NCBI RefSeq assembly: GCF_009914755.1
Contig: NC_060947.1
Strand: one strand, 5' to 3'
Length of the DNA: 64,000 nt
Source of the DNA: the human T2T-CHM13v2.0 reference genome, Homo sapiens
Positions within the stretch are counted from its first letter, which is position 1; each line of letters starts with the position of its first letter. This document shows positions 14,001-26,117 of the stretch, piece after piece. The translations under genes and the position numbers were made by a program. The notes beneath the pieces are model-generated. The model searched no databases. It saw nothing but the letters and a program-made list of their open reading frames with translations, and was not told the DNA's origin.

Positions 14001-14380
14001 TATGCTATAGTCTGAATGCATGTATGCTCCCAAAATCATACATTGGCTCCTAAGAGCCAATGTGATATGATAGTATTAAGAGGTGGGGCCTTTTGGGAAG
14101 TGATCAAGTCAGGAGCACTCTGCTCTTATGAGTGGGATTAGTTCTTTTAGAAAGGAACTTGATGGGAGCTCTGTAGTCTTTTCAGCCCCTTCCTCCATGT
14201 AAGGACCCAGCCACAGGCACCATCTCTGGAGCAGAGCAAGCCCTCATGCAACACTGAATTGGCAGATGCCTTGATTTGGACTTCCCAGTCTCGAGAACTG
14301 CAAGAAAAGAATTTCTATTATTTACAAATTACCCAGGATAAGATAGATATTTTATCATAGCAACATGAAAGGATAAGACA
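14001..14380 (+). mobile_element. MST-type (MSTC/D-like) MaLR solo LTR nested in MER21
   Basis: TGCTATAGTCTGAATG..GGACTTCCCAG..TAAGACA; exact TSD GTGAT (13996-14000, 14381-14385). Confidence 0.85.
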
Positions 14381-14999
14381 GTGATCAATTCAAACTTCTC
14401 CTTTTCCCTCCCCAGAGGTCAAGAGTTGGGGCTGCAAGCTCCAACCCTCTAATGACAAGGTTGGTTTTCTTGGCCATCAGCCCCCATCCTGAGGCTGTCC
14501 AGAAGCCCACCAAGAGTCTCCTCATGAGAAAAAAAACATGCTCCTATCACCCAGCAAATTCCTACAAATTTAGGAGCTCTGTGATGGGAACTGAGGGTCA
14601 AAGACCAAGTGTAGAAACAAATGATTCTCCTAGCAATCCTACATATGTGGTTTTAGGACCTCTGTACCAGGACTCAGGGGACAGAGAACAAAAATATATT
14701 TCTTAGTATGTCACAATATCACAGGCACTTTGGAGAGTATTGGAACTGGACACACATGTCCCGGGTCCTCCAAGCTATTTCCTGCCAGGTCATTACTAAG
14801 GTGTAGGTCGTTCCTCGCTCAAACACAGGCCAGTAGTGTCACACTGAGTGACTTGAGAGAACAGAAGTAGATATTCCTGCTCCTCCACTCATATCCCAGA
14901 AAAACCAATTGTATTACCAGGAAAAATTATGGTAGGTACTTGCTTCTTTGCTGTAGGTGCTGTCTTTTCTTTCTGCATTCAGCTTTCTTTAAATTAGCA

Positions 15000-15131
15000 C
15001 CTCCTTCCTCCTCCTCCTCCTCCTCTTCTCCCATCGCCTCCTCCTTCTCTCTCTTTCTTTTTCACTCTCTCTCCCCCAACCCCCTTTCTCTCTTTTCTCT
15101 CTGTATCTCTCTGTATCTCTGTCTCTCTCTG

Positions 15132-15170
<39 letters not shown>
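15000..15170. repeat. CT-rich tract followed by (CA)18
   Basis: Directly visible. Confidence 0.95.
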
Positions 15171-15172
<2 letters not shown>

Positions 15173-15426
15173 TGTTGCCCAGTTATGAAGGACGATTCTG
15201 ATTTCTCTCTTTCAAAGAAAGAAAAAATGACTTCATAATCTCATTATCAATGAGATCTTAGTGGCTAAAGCATGGCTTCTTCCAAGATAGTATTTGAAAA
15301 AAGGTTCTTTGGGAAAATTCTTAACAAAGATTAGATTAATTCCAGGAAATATTTGTTAAGCACTGTCATAGGCATCTGACAAGCAAAGAAAAGTAAAGCA
15401 TGGACATTCAGTGCTGCTGCAATGTG

Positions 15427-15481
15427 GTGTGTGTGTGTGTGTGTGTGTCTGTGTGTCTGTGTGTCTGTGTGTGTGTGTGTG
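15427..15481. repeat. Interrupted (TG)n microsatellite
   Basis: Directly visible. Confidence 0.95.
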
Positions 15482-17209
15482 ACTGTTTTGGAGCAAGTGA
15501 GTCTTCCTGAAGGAAAACTAAGTAAGCACTTGATCCACCTAAACCTAGTCACAAATCTAAATGAAAAAGTAGGAAAAATCAGAACCAATTATTTGGCCAT
15601 AATGAAGTGTCAGTATTTTAAGCTCTAAGAGATTCCTCTCTAATTTGAGAAGAATTGAGAGATTGCCCATTATGACCTATTGCTGGTATCTTGTTAATGT
15701 TTCTAATCATTTTTTTTTAAATGGTGTATATCTTTTTATCAATTACTTATACATTGCCTCCCTTCCTTTCCAGTAGCAATATTTATTTGTTTCCCATTTT
15801 AAGGGAGTAGGTCTATGTTGGACTTGAATTTTCGTTCCCTAATTGTTTAATGTATAAATACTTGTCTGTTCTCAGACATAGAAGTAGGCAGGGTTTCCAC
15901 CTTCAAATTAAAGAGTCATAGCAGGATAGTTCAGTAATAACATATTTCTTTATAGAAGTAATTCACTAATGAGTCTTATATAATGTACTACTGGCTAAAT
16001 CTATCTCCATCATGTAAGAATACATTTTATGCTTGGTCTTTTTTTCGTGATGGATGTTGCCCAGTTGTCTCTCTCCTCCTGACGAGTCGCGTACAGAGTG
16101 TGGGCACTATGCAGTTAACATAAAAGTGCTGGCTCAGCCAAGTTTCCCCAAATAGGCCCACGAAGCAGGTGGTTCCTCCCCAGTGGAGGCATTTGTCATT
16201 ACAGACAGGATCTAACCACAGAAAAGGGGCAATCTGAGTAATGCAGAGAGTTTAGAAGCAGCATTGAAGTGTACATGCACACACACACACATTTGCTTTT
16301 TTTCCTCTTTCTTCTTAAAGCATCCTCTTGAACAACCTAAGGAGGAAGACAATTGCAGGCACACCAGGATCTTCATAGGACAACACAGTGCAGAATCCAA
16401 ACTCCAGCAGTTTCTAATTTTACCAACTCAGGGGGGACTGAAATTGGGGACAGAAATAGCACAAAAACAATAGAAATGCATGTCATGAAGCCTGGACATG
16501 AACAAAGCAGGTTCTGTCATGCTGAACTTTGGGCAGACAGAAATGGAGGGACTGAGCTTGTTCTGCAATTCTTTTCAGAGCTATTTTGCACTTTTGAGAC
16601 ACTCATGTGGTTGAACATAACATATATAAACAGGAGTATAATAGCTAGTCAGAGCAGCAGCATGGAATTCATACCATTGTCTTTGTTACAAGTATTTCAT
16701 AGTTATCTATAGCTTTTCATCCCTTTTGGTTTATATTTCAAGTGTCTGTGAAAGCACATCACATTGTGCAGCCCTGATCCACTCTTGTTTTTACTGGCAC
16801 TCTGAATTTTCTCATTGGCCTCCCTTTGCCAAGCTTTGAAGCAAAGAAATCAAACAAGTAGGACATTCAGGTGGGTGGTCACTGGACTTGGGAAATTCTA
16901 AAATAAAGCAACTGATGAATAGCACATAGTTTCAAAGGGGCTTTTCAGCTGCAAGACATATAGATCCAGGTATGTTGGTGTAAGCCTCAAAGAATCTCCT
17001 AGCATTATGAGGGACATAATCAAAGGAGATTAGGAACATGAATCCAAGGCTTAGAAATCATTCTCTTGAAAGAGTGTGGAATCACTCACTAGAGTATGGA
17101 ATTAGAGACTTATTAGTCTGAGTTTACAGTTTGGCTCTGTCACATAATAGCTGGGTATAAAAATTCCTACTTCATGTGGTTGGTAGAGGAATTAATTAAA
17201 TTGCATTCT

Positions 17210-18670
17210 AGTTACCAGCAGGGGAGACAGGGGAGAAGAAAGTTGGACATGAAGCAGTGGAAAGCAAGGACAAACTGGAGCTTTCTAGGATAACTGGGCA
17301 CTCATGGAGAGTATTGGAACTAGAAATACTCTCCAGTACTCATGGAGAGTATTGGAACTGAAAGCTGCAAGGACACCTAGAGCCAATAAGGATAACCTGG
17401 AGCCCATGCAGACTAGTTGGAGTCTACCAAGACAAACTGGAACCCACATCTATTTAATTCCACATTGAAACTGGACCATTCAGTGATCTGTAGAAAAAGC
17501 CAGTGCCCTTTGGATGAAATTGCATGTGGACCTGGCCTGGGGCCTGGAGTCACTGGAGGAAGTGCTTGGAAGGATTTGGAGGAGTTATAGGCCCAGTGAC
17601 CACTCCATACCAACATGGAGTGGAAGTGACCAATGAAAACTTGAACTGGTACATCCTTGCTTGTCCCCATGTCAGCCTTCTGTAATGGCTGCTAATTCCT
17701 CATAACTTCCCTGTATTATTAAACTCAACTTGGGTTTACCCATTTGGCACAACAAAGCCAAATTCTGACATCAGGGTTTGCAGTGCGAGAAAGTGGGGGT
17801 TTTTAAGGCAGGGAGGCAGAGGCTACAGGCAAAGTCATAAATCAGTACACAGAGGCTATACATTGGTTTGACCTAAAAAGGCAGTTTATCTTGAAGTGGG
17901 AGCTTACAGGTAGATTCAGAAACTTTCTGATTTGCAACTGGTTAAGGAAGCAGAGCTTTGTTTACAGACTTGGGATCAGCAGAAAAGAATTTTCACTCTG
18001 TTCTATGGGTGTGAGTTCTTCCAGGCCCCTCAGGAATAAATTTAGAGCAAAGGATGGCAGTCAGATGTCAGTCCTCGGTCACCCTTTATCTGAGGTCCAG
18101 ATCCAGGTATGTTGGTGTAAGCCTCAAAGAGTCTCCTAGCACTTTGAGGGACATAAAGGGAATTAGGAACATGACTACAAGGCTTAGAAATTCTTCTCAT
18201 AAGACAGTATGGAATCACTCACTAGAGTTTTGGAATTACAGTTTGGAATTAGTTTGGAATTAGAAAATGGATGGCATTTTTCATTTGGTAGTAGCCTGGA
18301 TTCCTGAAAAATTAGGGTCATATGTCAAGATATTATCTTTAGTGTCTATAAGGAACCAAACATTTTGGGACTGTAACTTCCTTAAATATTGTTTTAAGCT
18401 ATTATTACGTCCTTGCTTATCAGGTTGCTTCTTTACTTCTCAAGGCTAGCTAGGTGCCTGGAATTTCCCTTGTAGGAACTCAAGACTTTCCTTTATTTCC
18501 ATACATGGCAGGGGATGGGGGAAGGGCACTGGCAGGTCCCTCAGAGGGTTCTCTACTCCATCTCACCAGTCTCACAAAATTTTCTGTGTGGCCAACCTTA
18601 ACCCAGAGTCATACAGGTAAACAAATTCTGAAAAGCGTAGAACTCCCTTAGCTACATTAACACAATAAAA
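17210..18670 (-). mobile_element. Old ERVL (MLT2-like) LTR split by an ERV1 LTR
   Basis: Repeated GACAAACTGGA motif; distal end TTCTGTGTGGCCAACCTTAACC..AATTCTGAAAA..TTAACACA resembles MLT2 termini. Confidence 0.55.
17714..18565 (-). mobile_element. ERV1 solo LTR (MER4 group, MER66-like) with an internal foreign insertion
   Basis: Reverse strand begins TGAGATGGAG..GGAAATAAAGGAAAGTCTTGAGTTCC..GCACCTAGCTAGCC; near-exact TSD CCTG/CCAG. Confidence 0.82.
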
Positions 18671-20784
18671 AAACCTTAAACAGACTTTCTTCTATTACAG
18701 GTGAAGGTTAAATAGTCCTATCTTTAAAAACCAGACAACACTGGTTCTCTGAACTTCTGACAGTGAATTTCATCTGGTGCACAAAACAGCCTATTTCAGG
18801 AGATCAAGTGCACACTCAAATCTAGTCCTGCTGTATCCCAGGCCATGTTGAGAAGGCTTTTGGTTAGAACACTTCTTTCTCTGAGATCACGTAACTGCAG
18901 GAGAAAACACCAACATCAACAACCCGACCAAAATATTTTGATTTGGTGGATATTAGGTTCTAAGTTTTGCCTAGAGACTATTTAGAGGGGCTCAGAAATA
19001 CCACGATATGTTTCATTTCTTAGTTCATGTCTCGTCTCTGTAGCATCATTTTCACCCCAACTCTGAAGATAAATAGCATTGAGCCATTGAAGATGAAACT
19101 CACTTATCAATCCCTATGTGGAAGATAATGCCATCGACCACCTTCTGTCTTAGGAATACATTTCAAAAATGGAAAGAATGCTTCTCTGACCTACTCTTTC
19201 ACTTGTACCTCCTTATTAAAAACCAGGCCTCCTTTGAATAGGAGACTCAGCACATTTGTCTACCCTGCTGGCCCAAACCAAGTGAGCATAAATCCTTAAA
19301 TCCTACAAGCACATGCACATGGTCACCAAGGCACAAGCACACCATGCAGTGTGAACTTGAGTAACCAATGAGGACTATTCCAGGACTTCCAGAGGTTCCT
19401 GTTCTGAGCCACTGTTACATCCTGGGAGATGGCCACTCTCCATTCAATGGAGATTTTTTCCCCCTTTTTGTAGCATGAGGTATAAGCACCTGGGTAAAGT
19501 GCAGTTATTTTTGAGTTTGACAAGTGAGCATATATTATTGTTTAGCATGCCTTCTTTGATGTTCAAGCTCAGGAGAAAAATCTAAAAAAATACACAAAAC
19601 GTCCAGATAGAGGATTATTGATCTACACTTCAACAGTAAAAAAAAATACAATAGATTTTTCACCCACAGACTTTTTCCCCTTACTCTGGGAAAGACCTTT
19701 TACTAGCAAAGTATGACTCTAGATTGTCCTGGTCTGTAGATATACAAATATTGACATGGAATGCAACATAAAGCATACAAGTAGTTTATCACCCTAAGTT
19801 ATTATCCTTTTTAAGGAATCAATCACTGTAAAATTGGCCATGTTGACACTCATATGGATATTACTTACTTGATAAATGTTGAAATAGACCATTCAAACAG
19901 ATGCATTCTTAATATTTTGAAGAAATGCCCATCTTGAAAATGCTGCAGAGATTTTCCTCCATATATTTTTATCTGAAAAAAATTGGATTCAGCTACCAGA
20001 GAATGCTCCATATTTACTATTAGATTTACTGGAAACTGAAAGAACAGAATGATGTTGCCTCTATAGTCTGACATATGCTGGGCATATGTAAAAAGAAAAT
20101 GAAAGAGTACGTTTGAGTATGAAATGAGCATTCCTTTATTTTTTCCCTGCAAAAATTTTTCCTTTTTTATTTTTTTACTGAAAAAATAAGGTACTTAACA
20201 TTCTCAGATATATGATACTCCATATTTTGTCTGGTAACAGGGAAAAAAAGTTATTAGGATACAGTTTGTGAGTTTTTGAAAAACAACCTGCTATAGCACA
20301 TACTCTGCCAGGTCTGTCAGAGTGAAATACCTTTGAAAATAGAACTGACTATATTTTATCTGCTTAGTTTAAAAATGGAGCGAGTTCCCTTGAAATATGA
20401 TTTCCAAGTTTTGAAGTCATTATGAGTGAATGCATTCTATTCTAACTCCAGAGGCTTTCCGAGGGAGAAACTGATGGGCCCAGGAAGGAGATAGTCACCC
20501 GTCCATCCTGGTCTTGTCCATATAATTCAATAGGCTTCATAGAGACATCTTTTCTTTAATCAATTTAAATGTCATTTTTAAGACTAATTTGTACAGAATT
20601 GTTGTCCTTATTAATTCCCTTGTTCTCTATGGAGTGATTTTTCAGAAATCATTACTCTTCTCTCTTTTTGCAGTTTTAAAGCTTTGGGCATTAAAAATTA
20701 ATTTTTCATTTTTTTCTTCATTTTGATCAATTTCCTGAAAAAGTAAAATGATGCAGAGTGTATACTATGGGGTAATACTGGCTG

Positions 20785-21000
20785 GTTACTAATCTTAAGT
20801 CTGCATTTACTAAATGTGTGATCTTAGGCAAATGACTGGACTTCTGGGTTATTCTAGATTACTTTTTGGTTTGTTTTATTGTAAAATGGGGATAATAAAA
20901 GTATCTATTTTATGAGGTTGTGGTGATGATCAGGAATATATGTGAAGTGTATTGGACATTACATGGTGTATAGTAAGCAAGTCAGAAGTGTTTGTTATTA
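20785..21000 (+). mobile_element. MIR
   Basis: TGTGTGATCTTAGGCAAATGACT..TGTAAAATGGGGATAATAA..GAGGTTGTGGTGA..TAGTAAGCA. Confidence 0.8.
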
Positions 21001-22502
21001 CCGTTACTACTTAACAACATTAAATTATATTAAACATTATTTAATAACATTGCTGACATTTGCTTTGCCAATGTAGGAAATCTCCTTCTTCAATCCTCTT
21101 GCTTCCATTCTCTTAAGCTAAGGTGATAGTTTAATCAATTTGGGGTAATGTTGATTTGATCTCATACCTGAATATTTGATATGCCTTAATTCCTCACTTT
21201 CAACTGTGTTAGGTTTTTGTTTGTCATTTTGTGTCCACATAGAGGAGGGACTTCAATTCAGCACTGATTTTTCACCTTGAAAAACAGCATAATAGCAGCT
21301 TTCCTTTGGGGACAATCAAAGACAAAAACAAGCGATCCACTTCCCCTGCCTAGCCCCTTTTCTCTTTTCCTCTCCATTTCTTCCAAACACACAGGTATTG
21401 CAGAAGGTACCTTTGAGGGCTGTGTGTGGGTAATGATGTGGGGAAGAGCCTGGCTGAGGCACGCCTGTCTATATTGACATTTTATTAAACTTATCTACTT
21501 ACCATGTTAACATGTGATGCTTTTTATCAATTCCTTCCTTGAAGGAAGCACAGAATATCCATCATCTTTTAAGTGCTTAGTGCTTGTAAGTGTATGTCAC
21601 TTCACAGAAAATAAATACTTTTCTTATGAGAAATTCAACATAGTTCGAGGGCAGCTCTCATGAGCATCTTCTGGTTTAAGTACCTGTCAGGACTTTAGCC
21701 AGTGCCGACTGGGGTTTGAGGTCCTTGAAATCACATATTGAGTACTGACCTGCAGAGAGGGCCCAATACATGTTATGCAAATGAATAGCTGACTGGAAGT
21801 TCATTCTCACTGCATTGCAACAAGTGGGTGGGAAAGAAGCAGGGGGAGAGGGAGGAAGGAGAGCTGAAAGGTAGCACCGTCACCCAGGAGAGAATGATGG
21901 GTGTCTGACCCAAGCCAGAGGCAAGGCATGTTGACAGGAGAAAACAGATTCAAGGGCCCATGGAAGATGAGAAATAGTGGACTCAGTCCCAGGTGTTCAT
22001 TCATCCAGTGGTGGGAGAGGGAGGGTGGGGAAGAGAGGAGTCAATGATGAAGTTGTGTTTCTCCACATTGAAGGAGAAATTGTGATGCTTTTTATCAAGC
22101 TGGAGGGCACAGAAGGGAAGTCAAGGGTAGAGCACATAGGATACGTATTAATGAGATGTCCAAAAATCATGTCATTTAGGGTTCCCCAGAGCAGGAGACA
22201 TCCCTGGGGAAACTGGTGACTTGTTGGCTCCTGGGTTGAAGGAGCTGGCAAAGGCCAGACTAAGACAAGAGGAGGGTCAGGAAGGAATGCCTTGGAACTG
22301 AGCCATTTCAGAGGATTTGGATAAAGGAAAGTGGGGGTCCACGAGAGATACTAAGAAGACATCAGAAAGGAGGGAGCGAAATGAAGATGTCCACGGAAAG
22401 CAGCTAAGAAGAGAAAACCAAGGATGCCATGTACAGCAATTGCATCAAATATACCAGGGACCAGATATGTCTATTTTAAAAACCTATTTATTTTATTGTG
22501 GT

Positions 22503-23183
22503 TGTCAGAGCCAAGGGAAAAGTTCACACCTTTGCCCTCTGAAGTTTTGCTGAAAAATCAACTCACAAAAAGCAGATTAATTGGAGAAAAAGCATATAAA
22601 TTTATTTAAAATGTGCACACAGGAGACTTCAAAATGAAGACCCAAAGATACCGGAGAAATTGCCCATTTTTATGCTTAGGTTCGACAAAGTTTGAAAAGC
22701 TGTGTAGAAACAGGGTTGGACAAAAAGGGCCTGATCTAATGCTAATAGACTGAGCAGGGAAACCCAGCAAGACCTGTCTGTCGAGATTCTTCTTGGCCTC
22801 TCTGAGCAATATTTCTCCCTTCTGGGTGTGGGGCAGGACCCTCTGGGGTCTTAAAGCACTTAAGACTCTGAGGTCTTAAGACCCTCTGGAATAGGGGGTC
22901 TTAAGACCTAAAGTCTAACAAGGTAGGTCAGGGAATTTTGTTATGGCCAGGTTTTACACAGAAAGGCAGAGGGAAAATTAGAGTCATACTTTTAGGGTTT
23001 TATGGCTGAATTTGGAGAAAAGGGGTTTTGGTTTCTAGGACCTGCCTTGGGGAAGAGGGATTCTAGTTTCTGTGGTGCCTCTGGAAAGAATGGAACTGAG
23101 AGACAGAAGGGCAGGAGAAGATCAGAGAAATCCTTCTGTTTCTGAGACCTTCACTTTGGGATATTGTTTTATGAGCCCCAACA
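22503..23183 (-). mobile_element. ERV1 solo LTR (MER39/MER34 group)
   Basis: TGTCAGAGCCAAGGGAAAA..GAGCCCCAACA; near-exact TSD TGGT/TGAT; same family as 1934-2683. Confidence 0.85.
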
Positions 23184-23615
23184 TGATGTAATTTACATAC
23201 AGTAAAATTAACCCTTTAAGTGTTCATCATGTGAATGGCATATACAGTGACAGTTGTGCAACACCACAAAATGAAGAAGATATAGATCAACTTTATTAAC
23301 ATCACTCTTCCTACACACCTTCCAGAAGTACATGCCCTTTTACACTTAACAGCATCCACAATGCAGGCCCTGGCCAGTACTCACCTGTTCTCTGTCCATA
23401 TAGTGGTGCCTTTGCAAGAATGTCATATAAATGGAATTACAAAGTAGTCAGTCTTTGAATTTGCCTTCCTTCACTTAACATCATATACAAGAGATAAATC
23501 TGTGCCACTGCTTACAAGTGGTTCATTCCTCTTTATTGCTGAGTAGTATTCCATTGCATGGATGCAACCACATTCCCCATTCAAGGGGCATGTGTACTGT
23601 CTCTATTTTTTCATC
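23184..23615 (-). mobile_element. L1M (MC/ME-like) 3' fragment
   Basis: AATTTACATACAGTAAAAT..AGAATGTCATATAAATGGAAT..TTTATTGCTGAGTAGTATTCCATTG; tail continues at 22475-22502. Confidence 0.8.
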
Positions 23616-24931
23616 TGTTAAGTTGAGTTAAGAAAATGTTACTGGTAACCAAGGCAAAAGCTGTTTTAGTTCAGTGGTTGGAATGAAAGCTGAACAGACG
23701 TTGGATGAGGAGGGAATGGGGAGTTGTGAAGAGGAGAAGGCAATTTTAGTTTAATATTTTATGAAATTTGGCTGGGAAGCAAGGGAGAGACAGTGATCTG
23801 TAGTTCCAATGAGAAATCAGCTGAAATGAAGATTGTTACTTTTATTGTAGGAAAATAGATATTTAATCATACTTAAAGGGGGATACTTAAAGGGAGAATA
23901 CAGAGTTTTTGTTCCTGCTTGTTTGTTTGTTTTACTGTTATGATATATACACACCTGAAAAACATATCCAGTAGTTAGCAAAATTGTTGTCTAAAAATAG
24001 CAGGGCTCGTGGGAAGATATGTGGGAAATACTTTTCTCAAAATTTTTTGAACTCAACTTTCTAACCTAATTAAAAAAATAAATATAACTGTATCAAAAAC
24101 ACAGGAAATGCAGATGTTTAAAGTCCTATTTTTAAAAGGATGCCAAAATGAGTGTAGAATATTATCATAAAATAAATAGTGATAGTTTAATGGGAGGGGG
24201 TGCACAGAAGGTTTCAGAAGAAACAGGCAAAAATGCACAAAAGTCAGGGAGCACCAGGTAATAACTGCCAGAAAGAGAAAATGGGGTGAACGGGAATTGT
24301 TATAGTTCTCTTTTTTTCGTATGGGGCTGATGCCTTCATGCTTTTAAAAGTACACTTTGTATTCCTTTGCTGTTATTTGGTGGTATGAAACATTTATCTC
24401 TGGAATCAAAGTAATATAAGCCAATGCAACTTTCACATTTTTCTGACATTATTCTTCCATTTCTCAATGGCCTATCAGCTAATTAATGATAAAGAAATGG
24501 GTATGTATCTGTAGAAATAATGATGTTAAAGGTGCAGGAGAGACAAAGTAGGTGGAGTGAGGTCTCAAATAATTTAGGATGAGATAGCATGAATGTGAGT
24601 AATCCCTTAACCATGAAGTCCCTTTAGGAGGCATCTAAGTCAACTCCACCATCTTATGAGTGGACCACATTGAATAACTCATAGATCGTTAACTTCACCT
24701 CCCAAGTTTAATTGGAAACATTTTTCAATTGTTGAAATCATTATCTACCATTTTTTTAAGTGTTTAGTACACATCTCATAAAAGGCAAAGATACAGTAGC
24801 ACACAGTGGATACATTTTGGATAAATCGCAAGGTGAAGAGTTATGAAAGCTATCAGTAGATTATTTCATTTTCATCTCTCTAAGTAAGCTTTCTATTCGT
24901 TCTATTGTGTGTCACATACCTTGTTCAAGTG

Positions 24932-25101
24932 TGAACTTATATTACCACCTCCAGCTTGTCAGGCAGAACCGGACAGGCTTGTTCAAAGATCAGGGCAACA
25001 ACTTCAAAATGGCGGTGCCATATTGCAATGGCCACAGAATTTGAGGGGACTTGACCAGTGTTCGGGCTTATCCTAGATGAGGTGGTACAATATCAATTTC
25101 A
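24932..25101. mobile_element. Ancient palindromic MITE-like element (tentatively MER135/Eulor type)
   Basis: Degenerate ~85-bp inverted arms (ATATTACCACCTC / GAGGTGGTACAATAT) centred on CAAAATGGC-GGT-GCCATATTG; family assignment is from memory only. Confidence 0.5.
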
Positions 25102-25559
25102 GTCTGCGATGACCATAATCTAACAAGCAATTGTAATTCTTCCTTTTTCAATGCTCCAATAATTTCCCTGTTCAGGCTTCAATGATACATCTAGGAAGTA
25201 GTTTCATAATTATCTGTGCATGCATTGATATCCCCAATTAAATTTGAACTTTAAGAGCAAAAGGTTTATATCCCTTCATCTGTGAATTCAAGCTGCTAGT
25301 CTCCTGTCTAGCAGCCAGAATGTGTTACAATCAGGGACTATTGGATATATGCATGAAAAGTTAAAGAAGCATAGTTATATTCCAACTACTGTCCATTTAC
25401 TTAAACTGACTACACTCATTCTATCTTTTACCACCAGACCTGAAGCACTATAGCTAAACATAAAGGTAGAGATAAAATACCAGAACCTGAGACAGTTCTA
25501 GGAAGAGTAAAGCTAACTCCCTGGCACAGCATTGCTCATAGACAGGCAGCATGAAGGAA

Positions 25560-25960
25560 GAGAGAGGGTATCCTGTGTGAGAAGCAGACCTGGGTTCAAA
25601 TTCTGACTCTAGCATTTTGTAGCTGTAGGAGTCTGGGTAAGTTATCTAGTCCATTGCTTCTCAAAGTATAGTTTCATGAGCTGCAGCATCAGCATCAGCA
25701 TCACCTGCAAGCTTATTAGAAATGCAGATTTGCAGGCTCCATTCCAGATGTGCCAATCCAGAACCAGAGTTCGAATTTTAACTAGGTCCCCAGGTGATGT
25801 GTGTGCATGTTACATTTTGAGAAGCACTGGACTAGACACTCTGAATTTTAGTTTCCTCTATTGTAAAATACAGAAAAATTATCAATCTTCCGAAATATGA
25901 AGTCTACAAAAATGCATGTCAAACACCTAGCAGATAGTGACTGTGCAAAAATGAAAGCTA
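25560..25960 (+). mobile_element. MIR split by MER5A
   Basis: CAGACCTGGGTTCAAATTCTGACTCT..CTGGGTAAGTTA, resuming after MER5A with CTCTGAATTTTAGTTTCCTCTATTGTAAAAT. Confidence 0.75.
25652..25829 (+). mobile_element. MER5A
   Basis: TIRs CATTGCTTCTCAAA / TTTGAGAAGCACTG; degenerate 8-bp hAT TSD with central CTAG. Confidence 0.9.
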
Positions 25961-26117
25961 TTAATAACAGGAATAATAAAAAAAACAGTAAGAAGTTTAG
26001 ATATTGAAGGTGAAGAGAACTGGAAGAAAAGACAATAGATATAGATATAGATATATCTTTCTCTCTGCCAATCTATGGCAATGAAGTTTCTAGATTTGTA
26101 TTTAACTTCTATTATGG

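Larger units (their letters stand above)
13038..14723 (-). mobile_element. MER21-family solo LTR carrying two nested MaLR LTRs
   Basis: Ends CACAATATCACA; exact 5-bp TSD GGCAC (13033-13037, 14724-14728); homologous to 2755-3633. Confidence 0.88.
21800..23900 (-). mobile_element. L2 remnant interrupted by an L1M fragment and an LTR
   Basis: Purine-rich degenerate L2 body at 21800-22470, resuming at ~23620 (GGTAACCAAGGCAAAAGCTGTTTTAGT..GGAATGAAAGC). Confidence 0.55.

Noticed and set aside
17240-17480. Spaced short repeats (GACAAACTGGA) resembling a CRISPR-like array
   Set aside because: Eukaryotic LTR-internal degenerate repeats with irregular spacing; no cas genes
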